Shown one piece after another: positions 24,202 through 32,307 of a stretch of DNA of 64,000 bases; the first letter of the stretch is position 1, and each line of letters starts with the position of its first letter. This DNA is from a virus. The position numbers were made by a program, and so were the translations under genes. The DNA is taken from IMG/VR virus record IMGVR_UViG_3300035670_000022, positions 91,914 to 155,913 of that record; one strand, 5' to 3'. Below the pieces are notes generated by a model. That model ran no database searches. It was given only the letters and a program-made list of their open reading frames with translations, and had not been told where the DNA came from.

Positions 24202-24278
24202 ATATTTAAAGTTTTACTTTTCTTTGTACTCTTCTCTGTTTTAGTTGACGCACTTAATTGAATTAAAAAGAAGGGCTA

Positions 24279-25418
24279 ATGAGCGACCTTGACTTTTACA
24301 AGATGTTTAATCAGCAGACCATCTCTGCTTACGGAGATATTGCAGGGGATTACCCTACAGCTCCGATTCCAGATAGCCATACTTCACAGACAAATACTAC
24401 CGCGCCTGCAGCACCGAGTGGTATCATTTCGCCACAACTAAACACAACCCCTGCGCCTATTGCTTCTCCGCAACAGCAGCAGCCTCATACTCAGACTTAC
24501 TCTTATGCTGTTCCTATGGGGGCTGCTCCTCCTGGGTATCGAGCTTCTATGTCTTGCTATACCTGTGAGTATTTTGAGCATTTTGCTCCTTCGCCTCATT
24601 GCTCCAAGTTTGATTTTCCCTGTCACTCTACTTATGTGTGTGACGGGTATGAGTCGCTTAATGATGAAGACGAGTTAGAAATGCACTCTGGGGTAGGAAC
24701 CGATTTACATTTAGAAGTTGCAGAGTTAACCCAAGAAGAGATTGAGATTTTAGCTCAGGGTTGGACAGATGGAGGTAACGTTACTGCTTCCACTCGTAAG
24801 AAGAAAGCAGTTTTATCTGAAGGGCGTTTCCCTATCTTTGACGAAAAGTCTGCCAAGTCAGCAATTAAGCTGCGTGGACGAGCCAAAACACCTAAAGAGC
24901 GCAAGAAGATTTTACGCGCCGCTGCTACTTATGCACCAGAAGATGCGAAGCGGGCTATGGAAGAGGATAAACAGAGTCTTTCTATTTCTCATGCTTTTGC
25001 AGATGGAAGAGTCCCAACTAATCAGGCTCTTTTTGCTCTAGCCTATAATTCTGCTGATGTCACTGAAGGAGATACTGAGTCTATTCACGGAGTCTATTCT
25101 GAGTTGTATCAGAACTTGTATGGAACCAAAGAAGGACTTTATACTCAACCTCAGACTGCTACTGAGCGGCTATCTACCCCTGAGGTTAAACCTGAAGTTG
25201 AAGTCTCTGACAACCAACAGAACTTATCTGAGTTTGAGGCAGCGGTGTCTGTTGCTAGTTATAGCGGCGTTCAGCAGAGCCTAGAGACAGATCCTCTTTA
25301 TCAAATTGCTGAGAACAGAATTTTGCTCAAGGCAAGACAGGAGGGGCGGGAAGTCGGGGCGAGTGAGATCTCTACCGAGTACGCTCGGTTAAAGTCTATT
25401 CGTCAATCTACTAACTAA
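24279..25418 (+). CDS. Head-module protein with a 4-Cys motif and a basic RFPI domain
   Basis: CYTC..C..C..C cluster; RFPIFDEKSAKSAIKLRGR; directly upstream of the protease. Confidence 0.55.
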   Translation: MSDLDFYKMFNQQTISAYGDIAGDYPTAPIPDSHTSQTNTTAPAAPSGIISPQLNTTPAPIASPQQQQPHTQTYSYAVPMGAAPPGYRASMSCYTCEYFEHFAPSPHCSKFDFPCHSTYVCDGYESLNDEDELEMHSGVGTDLHLEVAELTQEEIEILAQGWTDGGNVTASTRKKKAVLSEGRFPIFDEKSAKSAIKLRGRAKTPKERKKILRAAATYAPEDAKRAMEEDKQSLSISHAFADGRVPTNQALFALAYNSADVTEGDTESIHGVYSELYQNLYGTKEGLYTQPQTATERLSTPEVKPEVEVSDNQQNLSEFEAAVSVASYSGVQQSLETDPLYQIAENRILLKARQEGREVGASEISTEYARLKSIRQSTN

Positions 25419-25431
25419 TAAGGAGTTGATA

Positions 25432-26478
25432 ATGGAACTCGTTACGATTCAAGATGAAACGCAGCAGTGGGACCTTCGAGAGACCGAAGATTCTGCTGGT
25501 CGGTATCTTAAAGTCCCTATTGCTATCAAAGGCAAATGGCAACATTCATTATATGGAGAGGTTGCTTTTACAGATCAGGATTTTGACGAGGTGATCAATA
25601 ACTGGTCTAGTGCTAAAGCTGGGTTTGACCCCCCTCTTTTTTTAGGACACCCTACTAACGATACTGGCTCAATGGAAGGCACTCCCGCTGCGGGCTGGCC
25701 TGACAAGATCTTTCGAGAGGACGATGTTCTCTACGGTCTTTTCTCCGCGACAGACGAGTCTTTATACGACGATGTTAAAAGCAAAAAGTTTAAATATGCC
25801 AGTGCAGAAATCGTTCGTGACGCCAAAGATAAAGAAACTGGTGAAAGAATTGGTACTCTGTTAGTAGGGACTGCTCTTACGAATCGACCATTTATTCCCC
25901 TGAAGGATCATACGGTAGAGGTAGTAGAGCAGAAGTTTAGCGAGTTTACTACTCCTACTGTATTCACTTTTAGTCTAATTAACTCTACAGAGAGCGATCC
26001 GATGCCTGAAACTTTATCTACTCCTTTAACGGAGCAAGTAGTTGCTCCAGCAGAGCCTGCGGTTGTTCCTAAAGAACAATATGATGCTCTAGTTACTGAA
26101 TTTAGCAACCTTGCTAAAGAGTTCTCCACCATGAAGCAGCAGTTTTCTGATTTGCTGGCTAAGGAGAAGGAACGTGATGTTGAACTTAAACTCTCCAAAC
26201 TAGAGTCTTTGGCTCTTCCTGCTTCTACAAAAGAGAGTTTTAGCGAAATGATTCGTTCTGGCACTCTATCCCAAGAAGCCGAAGACAAGCTGTTTTCTGA
26301 CTATCAACTCTTGTCTGAAAACTACAAAGAAGTCTTCTCTGCCCAGCAGGGTGCTCAAGAAGACAAAGAGACAAAAGGCTTAGTTATGCCAGAGTTTTAC
26401 TCTCAGGTTATGGCTCAGCATAAGGAGATGTTTAGTAACTCCAATTTTGCTCGCACGATGCCTAAGGTTTTGGGCTAG
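25432..26478 (+). CDS. Prohead protease / scaffold (Mu gpI-like)
   Basis: LGHP, YASAE, LVGTALTNRPFI; C-terminal coiled coil; AGGAG 6 nt before ATG 25432. Confidence 0.8.
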   Translation: MELVTIQDETQQWDLRETEDSAGRYLKVPIAIKGKWQHSLYGEVAFTDQDFDEVINNWSSAKAGFDPPLFLGHPTNDTGSMEGTPAAGWPDKIFREDDVLYGLFSATDESLYDDVKSKKFKYASAEIVRDAKDKETGERIGTLLVGTALTNRPFIPLKDHTVEVVEQKFSEFTTPTVFTFSLINSTESDPMPETLSTPLTEQVVAPAEPAVVPKEQYDALVTEFSNLAKEFSTMKQQFSDLLAKEKERDVELKLSKLESLALPASTKESFSEMIRSGTLSQEAEDKLFSDYQLLSENYKEVFSAQQGAQEDKETKGLVMPEFYSQVMAQHKEMFSNSNFARTMPKVLG

Positions 26479-26521
26479 GTCATACTAATTCACAATTTTT
26501 TACTGACGAGGTCTAGTTGTA

Positions 26522-27856
26522 ATGCCCCCTGTAGATTTAGAGTTTCAGGCAAATGTAACGCCGTATGAGTATATCGGTGACGATCCTACTTTTGGTTCGT
26601 TGCAATTAACGATGTTGGCTCGCTCTTTTGAGCTCACCGAGTTATCTGATTTGGACTTTCTGTTTCCGTCCAAAATGAGTCCCGAACGCTCTCTTGTTAT
26701 TGAGCAGCGTGTAGAAGGTCACGGTATCATGCCTCCTGTGGCTGCCGGTATCCCTAACGGTCAGTTTGTCGAACCTGATCGTATGCGTCGGTTTACGGTT
26801 GTTCCGCAGCCCTTCCGCGAAGATGACACTATTGACCGTTTAACTGCAAACCAGTTACGTCGTCCTGGTACCATCAACGAACAACTTCCTTTACAGGAGA
26901 TGATGGCTAGTCGCGTACAAAAACTGGTTAACCGCCATGCCCGCACACGTAAGCTATTTCAATCAAAAATGCTTCAAGGCGGTTGGCGATATTATGATCC
27001 CCGCACCCGGGTGTCTATTGATGTCAGCTCTAACATTCCTCAACACAACTTATTCTCCTACAAAGGCTGGGTTGATACTGTAACTGCTGGCAGTACCGTC
27101 GATGTTATGGGTCGCTCCTATCAAGCCTTAGAGGCTATGGCTCCCGATAAGCCTCGCCCTGAAGGCTCTTTCTTTATCTCTTCTGATGGTTATTTGGGTG
27201 TGCCTTGGACGTATCCGCAGGCAGATATCGTTCGTTGTGTTAAGCAGATCTCTACCTACTTACACTTAACGAACAAGAATAAGCCCACCCACATCATCAT
27301 GAACAGTCAACTTATGGCTGTTATCAGTTCTATCAACGAACTGTTTAAGTCCTTCCAAGGGCTACCTGGGATGCTTGTTAACAACTATCCGACTAGCACG
27401 GTTGCAGGCAACACTGCTGTTGGTGCGTCCAATGTCGGTGCCGGTCCTTTACCGATTAGTTTCGGTCCTGGTGGCGAAATCACGGCTATCGGTGGTCTTC
27501 AGGTTGTTCTTTTAGACGGTATCTGGCGTAATCCAGCTAACGATAATCAGCTCGAAGTGTTCTGGCCTTCTCACAAAGTGGCTATCGTTTCTGCTCAGTC
27601 TATGAGTGATCCTAGTGCCAAGTTGGGTTACACCTACCATTGCTCTGGTGAGTCTTGGGATGGTAAACCCGGTTTGTGGGTCGAAACTGATATGGGTCTA
27701 CGTCTTCCTTCTCAGGGGATTCACGTTAGCGCCGGCGACTGCTTTATCCCCTTTCCCGTGTATCCTCACTGGATTTCTTTACTGGACGTCTGCGATCCTT
27801 CTGCCCTCTATACTTCTCTGCCCATGCTTCCCGATCTTGCCTACGGTACGTTCTAA
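26522..27856 (+). CDS. Major capsid protein
   Basis: Follows the protease/scaffold; lambda-E-like features (LFP, GIMPPV..G, FREDD); FGSLQLTMLARSF recalled as similar to Ma-LMM01-type MCP. Confidence 0.85.
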   Translation: MPPVDLEFQANVTPYEYIGDDPTFGSLQLTMLARSFELTELSDLDFLFPSKMSPERSLVIEQRVEGHGIMPPVAAGIPNGQFVEPDRMRRFTVVPQPFREDDTIDRLTANQLRRPGTINEQLPLQEMMASRVQKLVNRHARTRKLFQSKMLQGGWRYYDPRTRVSIDVSSNIPQHNLFSYKGWVDTVTAGSTVDVMGRSYQALEAMAPDKPRPEGSFFISSDGYLGVPWTYPQADIVRCVKQISTYLHLTNKNKPTHIIMNSQLMAVISSINELFKSFQGLPGMLVNNYPTSTVAGNTAVGASNVGAGPLPISFGPGGEITAIGGLQVVLLDGIWRNPANDNQLEVFWPSHKVAIVSAQSMSDPSAKLGYTYHCSGESWDGKPGLWVETDMGLRLPSQGIHVSAGDCFIPFPVYPHWISLLDVCDPSALYTSLPMLPDLAYGTF

Positions 27857-27901
27857 AAGTGCGGCTACGCTCGTTTATCTTCGCTATAGGACTCAAAATA
27901 C

Positions 27902-28936
27902 ATGGTTTCCGCTTTATCACAGGTACAAACTGGATTGCGCTCTTACAACGGCGCACCTGGTTTTCGGTTCATCAAAGATATCTTTCCTGGCTACCGCCAG
28001 GGTGGTATCTCTTACTACCCTTTCTCTTCTATTAAGAGTGGGTTCACTCCTAGCTGGAGTCTTGCTGCTGCTGACCCTCTTGCAGCCGCAGCAGACGTTA
28101 CGGTAGCGATCGCCCCCGGTTCTGCTTTGCTAGACGGACAGAATGCTAACCTTGCTTCTTCTCTTAATGTCACTTTTACCCCCGAAGACTTGGTAACTGG
28201 AGATAACTACTTTCGTATCTTCTTAAACCCTACTCGGACTCTTCAGCCGGTGGTTTCTAACGGTGGTGTATACACTCCCCCTACCACTCGTTTAAATGGT
28301 GATCCCATTGAAGATGGTGATTTGTATGCTGAAGCTGTAGACTTCCCCCGGGAGTTAGAAGCCTTTGCTTTTTACAAGCGCATTCAAGGAGCGTGGACTC
28401 CTTTTGATCCTACCTTTAGTGCTCCTGCTATGCCGGTTCAGTCCGGACAAAAACGGACTTTTGGTGGTGAGTGTCACTCTAAAGTTGCTTTAGGAAATAT
28501 CAGCATTAACGCTGTTGAGATTCCTATCTATATTGCTGCTGGTTATCCTTCTTTTGGTTATCGTCCTGCACGTGCCAAACTGCGGGAGCCCGCCAGTTTA
28601 GAGTTGGTTACTGCTAAACTCCACTATCATGTTTTACCCATGGCCTTGAGCGTCACGTTTACCAACGGCTCTGCCACCGCCGAAGTTTCTTATGAACATC
28701 GCAGTGACTTTGCGGACGTGATTAACTCCATCGTAGACTTAGCGACTCTTGAGGTCGACGGTCTGGCCTTCACCGCTTACAACGCAGCCACGGGTGCTAT
28801 CACTCTGTCTGCTGCGTATGCTGGGACCTCTGGAACCAATCAAGTTCTTTTGACTCCTGCTACTCCTGGTGAAGACTTTATCCTTTCGGTTAACCGTAGC
28901 GAGCTGTCTGCTTCTACCAACTTGACCAACCCGTAG
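27902..28936 (+). CDS. Second head protein / capsid decoration protein
   Basis: Follows the MCP, beta-rich, followed by a terminator. Confidence 0.55.
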   Translation: MVSALSQVQTGLRSYNGAPGFRFIKDIFPGYRQGGISYYPFSSIKSGFTPSWSLAAADPLAAAADVTVAIAPGSALLDGQNANLASSLNVTFTPEDLVTGDNYFRIFLNPTRTLQPVVSNGGVYTPPTTRLNGDPIEDGDLYAEAVDFPRELEAFAFYKRIQGAWTPFDPTFSAPAMPVQSGQKRTFGGECHSKVALGNISINAVEIPIYIAAGYPSFGYRPARAKLREPASLELVTAKLHYHVLPMALSVTFTNGSATAEVSYEHRSDFADVINSIVDLATLEVDGLAFTAYNAATGAITLSAAYAGTSGTNQVLLTPATPGEDFILSVNRSELSASTNLTNP

Positions 28937-28949
28937 TCTCCTATTTGCG

Positions 28950-28998
28950 CTGCTTTGGGGTGAAGGGTTCTCTCTTTACCCTAGAGCAGTTTCTTTTG
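28950..28998 (+). terminator. Rho-independent terminator after the head genes
   Basis: CTGCTTTGGGGTGAAGGG / CTCTTTACCCTAGAGCAG stem with G-U pairs, followed by TTTCTTTT. Confidence 0.65.
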
Positions 28999-29109
28999 AT
29001 ATCTAAGGGAGACAAACCCGAATAACAGATAAGTTTTAAGTGTTCAAGAACACTCGGAAAGTTCTTCTCCGAAGGATGTCAGTTTAAGTAATTTACCAAC
29101 GATACCGAA

Positions 29110-29646
29110 ATGGCTAACTTCTACTACGTTACAGCTGTTGCTCCAGCCTCTGTCACTGTGTCTGGGCGGCGGTTTAATCTAGCTTCTGGAGATACTCGCG
29201 GACCCTTCTCCGAGATAGAAATTAATCAAATTATGGCTGGACCGGATCGCAGTCGTCTTGTCAGCACAAAGACGGTTACCAGCGACGATCAGGCTCCTCC
29301 CACTGTTAAGACTACGCCTGTTAATGGCATGGGTATTGTTGTTGACTCTGACGAAACGGAAGTCGCCACTGCTATTCCAGCTGAAGGTAAGAGCTACGAA
29401 GAATCTCAATCTGCTCCCAGTATCGATACGCCTGAAAAGACTAATTACAGCACCACGTTTAGTGTTGAAGAACCTATTGCCCCTCCTGCACAACCGGAAG
29501 TAGTGGCAGAGATTCCAAATCAAGAAGACGCATTAATCACTACTCAGGCATTACCTCTTGATCCTGAAGTGCTTGACCCTACCGAAGATATTAAATCTAA
29601 GACGAGAACTACTCGCACTCGCCGCGCTAGAACTAGTGAAAAATAA
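29110..29646 (+). CDS. Hypothetical protein (small N-terminal domain, acidic/Pro linker, basic tail)
   Basis: 178-aa ORF; stop overlaps the next start. Confidence 0.6.
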   Translation: MANFYYVTAVAPASVTVSGRRFNLASGDTRGPFSEIEINQIMAGPDRSRLVSTKTVTSDDQAPPTVKTTPVNGMGIVVDSDETEVATAIPAEGKSYEESQSAPSIDTPEKTNYSTTFSVEEPIAPPAQPEVVAEIPNQEDALITTQALPLDPEVLDPTEDIKSKTRTTRTRRARTSEK

Positions 29647-31355
29647 TGTCTACGACATTTAACTTCTCTGACCGCTTTAGTTATCCTGCTGACAACGGGG
29701 TCACTTCTGATATCGACTTTAATACTGCGCAGACTTTAGTCGATGCCGATTTAGAAGCGGTATCTCCAGAGTTGGCAGAAATGGGAGTAATGGTGCGTCG
29801 CTATTCTGTGCTGCTGCAGCGTACCTCTCTCAAAGATATATTTAACATTATTGTTCAAGACTCCGATCCTAGGATTGCTCTGGTATTGGCGGCTGCTAAG
29901 TCTAAGGTTGACAACACACCTTTATTCGGTGGCTTAGACGCGGTTAAAGAGTTAATGTATGCAGATCCCGATCGGCCGGGGTTAACTCTCTTTACAAATA
30001 GGAATCTTTTTTCTGATGGCATCCGACGGGTCTCAGCGGCCTTAACTGCTTCTCGACTAATTGGACAACTGGCTCAGGTTAAAGAGCAGGCTGCCCATGC
30101 AGACATTATAGAGAAACAAGCGATTGAAGATTTAGATCGGATTGTTCTTACTTGGGAGACCAGCCGACTTTCCCAGCTGAGCGATACAGAAAAAGAAGAG
30201 TTACCTCCTACTGCTTTCTATTTTGAGCCTGGGACTTGGGAACTTCCACCAGAGAAAGAGTTATACGTTGAGTGGCAGTCACCTTCTATTCAGCGCGATT
30301 GGACGCTTGTTGGCGTCTACTCAAATACCTTTGAGACTTGGCAAGTAGTATCTGCCATTGTTGATGATATTAATGCCAAGACTGTTTTTAGCACTGATAG
30401 TCCTCTTCTTGCTACAGCAGAACTGTCTGGAGACTATGTTGCTTCAACAGCTATTCCAAATCCTTCTCTATATCACTTAATCAACTTTTACCCACGTCGT
30501 CCTATCCCTGGGGTGGTTGCCTACTCGATTAATCTTAAAATCGAGATTCGACTGAAAGAGGGGCAAACAGATACTTCTTCTGATACTTTTCCCGTAAATC
30601 GCACTCCGTTTATATGGGGTCGTCGAGCAGCAGCTCTCAATCGATATAACTGCAACGGGTCTATTATTGTTATTCGCAACAATAAACTTAGTGGAAGCTC
30701 TAACCGGAGTGAGCAGGAAGATTATGAACCTTTCGTCTTGTACTTTAAGAATGGCGTTGACTACTCTGGCGTAGATGTGCCCCCACCCCAAGATGGAAAG
30801 TTGGTCTTCCGTGTGGAACCTTGGCAGCCTAATTTATCTCCTATTGATCCTGACACTGGAGAGCATATTGAAACCATTGAGGTCGATATACCTAGGCTAA
30901 TAGCAGAGGATCCGGACGAGCAGGTGGATCTTGATAACTCTAGGTTTTCCCAAGTGGCGTTAGCGATGTTGAATGCTTTAGCCTCGTTAAACCTGGATAC
31001 ACGGGTCACCGGCGCCTTAATTCGTAATGATCCCTATAGCGCGTCTGATGCTGCGGCTGCTATGGAGTTGGTTCCGTGGTCAAAGCAGCGGGTTATTATT
31101 GCAGTCGTTTTAGACGTCTTAGAAGTACCTCCGGATATCTTGCTTGCCACAGGCGACAGAATGAGAGTTTTGACTCTGTACAGTAATAAACCTAGGAGTA
31201 TTCTCGTGAAGAATCCACAAAGTGATCAGGCTAACGGTGTTGTTGATGCTGTTATGAAAAAAGAGCAGACTCATGTTATCAAGAGACGCCGCCCCAATTT
31301 ATGGACGAGCATCCTAGATGAAGCAACGGTAGCAGAACAGCGCGGTTGGTCCTAA
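29646..31355 (+). CDS. Putative head-tail adaptor (gp36-like N-terminus) with extra domains
   Basis: Position between head and tail genes; IRRVSAALTASRL...AIEDLDRI pattern. Confidence 0.4.
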   Translation: MSTTFNFSDRFSYPADNGVTSDIDFNTAQTLVDADLEAVSPELAEMGVMVRRYSVLLQRTSLKDIFNIIVQDSDPRIALVLAAAKSKVDNTPLFGGLDAVKELMYADPDRPGLTLFTNRNLFSDGIRRVSAALTASRLIGQLAQVKEQAAHADIIEKQAIEDLDRIVLTWETSRLSQLSDTEKEELPPTAFYFEPGTWELPPEKELYVEWQSPSIQRDWTLVGVYSNTFETWQVVSAIVDDINAKTVFSTDSPLLATAELSGDYVASTAIPNPSLYHLINFYPRRPIPGVVAYSINLKIEIRLKEGQTDTSSDTFPVNRTPFIWGRRAAALNRYNCNGSIIVIRNNKLSGSSNRSEQEDYEPFVLYFKNGVDYSGVDVPPPQDGKLVFRVEPWQPNLSPIDPDTGEHIETIEVDIPRLIAEDPDEQVDLDNSRFSQVALAMLNALASLNLDTRVTGALIRNDPYSASDAAAAMELVPWSKQRVIIAVVLDVLEVPPDILLATGDRMRVLTLYSNKPRSILVKNPQSDQANGVVDAVMKKEQTHVIKRRRPNLWTSILDEATVAEQRGWS

Positions 31356-32197
31356 TTTCTGAACCGTTCAGAATCTATTCTGGAGAGCGTATGCCTAAGT
31401 TAAGACCGACGATCAACTGGCTGCGTAAAGCACTGCTGGTTTCGATCATGACTCACCCATCTGTTAGAGAGCCGGACATTCTGTATCCCGGCACAGATGA
31501 GGTCGTCTCTCTAGACAGAGGACGGCTGTTTGGCGGCGTTGAGCTAATTGAGCCAGGACTAACTGTTTCTGTTCACCCTTATCACTCTTCTTTTAACGTT
31601 CTCTCTGGTAAGCCTACATCTTTGGGAAGCGATATGACGGCTGTGTATGACGATCTAAGGATACACAGAGAGACAATATCGGAAGGACTTGAGCAAGAGA
31701 GAGGATACTCAGCTAAGATTCGTCTGATGGTGCAGCTCTTTTATCGAGATCCTGGGCTTAACGTCCCTATCTCTTTAACTGCTGACGTGATGGAGGCCCG
31801 CAGCACTCGACCTCGTCAGTGGCATGGTGTTGATGTGCGGTTTTATGATGACCCAGCTGTACAGTCTCATTTCCCTGATCTTCAGGAAATGCCAGAGTCT
31901 TTTACGTTTGAGGTACAGACCTTACCCGGAGAGGAAGTTTTAACGTTGTGGTTAGACCTACTTAAAGATGTTATTCGAGACGTAAAAGTTCTCTACCCGT
32001 TTAGTCAATATCGCTTTCCTACTATTATTGCTTCTGACTATCCTACGACAACATGGTTGGCTAATAGCGGTAATCTTATATTCCACACTGCATATCATAT
32101 TGTTGAATTTGAAGTTGCTGAGCCTCCACGAGTATATGATCCAGACATCCCTGCAGTGCAGCGTTTATACATCGTAGACAATCTTCAACCGATGTAG
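31346..32197 (+). CDS. Putative neck / tail completion protein
   Basis: Immediately upstream of the sheath; true start possibly ATG 31391. Confidence 0.4.
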   Translation: MVLISEPFRIYSGERMPKLRPTINWLRKALLVSIMTHPSVREPDILYPGTDEVVSLDRGRLFGGVELIEPGLTVSVHPYHSSFNVLSGKPTSLGSDMTAVYDDLRIHRETISEGLEQERGYSAKIRLMVQLFYRDPGLNVPISLTADVMEARSTRPRQWHGVDVRFYDDPAVQSHFPDLQEMPESFTFEVQTLPGEEVLTLWLDLLKDVIRDVKVLYPFSQYRFPTIIASDYPTTTWLANSGNLIFHTAYHIVEFEVAEPPRVYDPDIPAVQRLYIVDNLQPM

Positions 32198-32307
32198 GAC
32201 TGTGTATGCTGGAGGTAGAGGGCAGGTATATCTATAGAGAAATGAGATTAACCTTGCCATCACCTAAATTGAGTTGAAACTACATATACTCTTTTTGAGG
32301 TTTAGAG

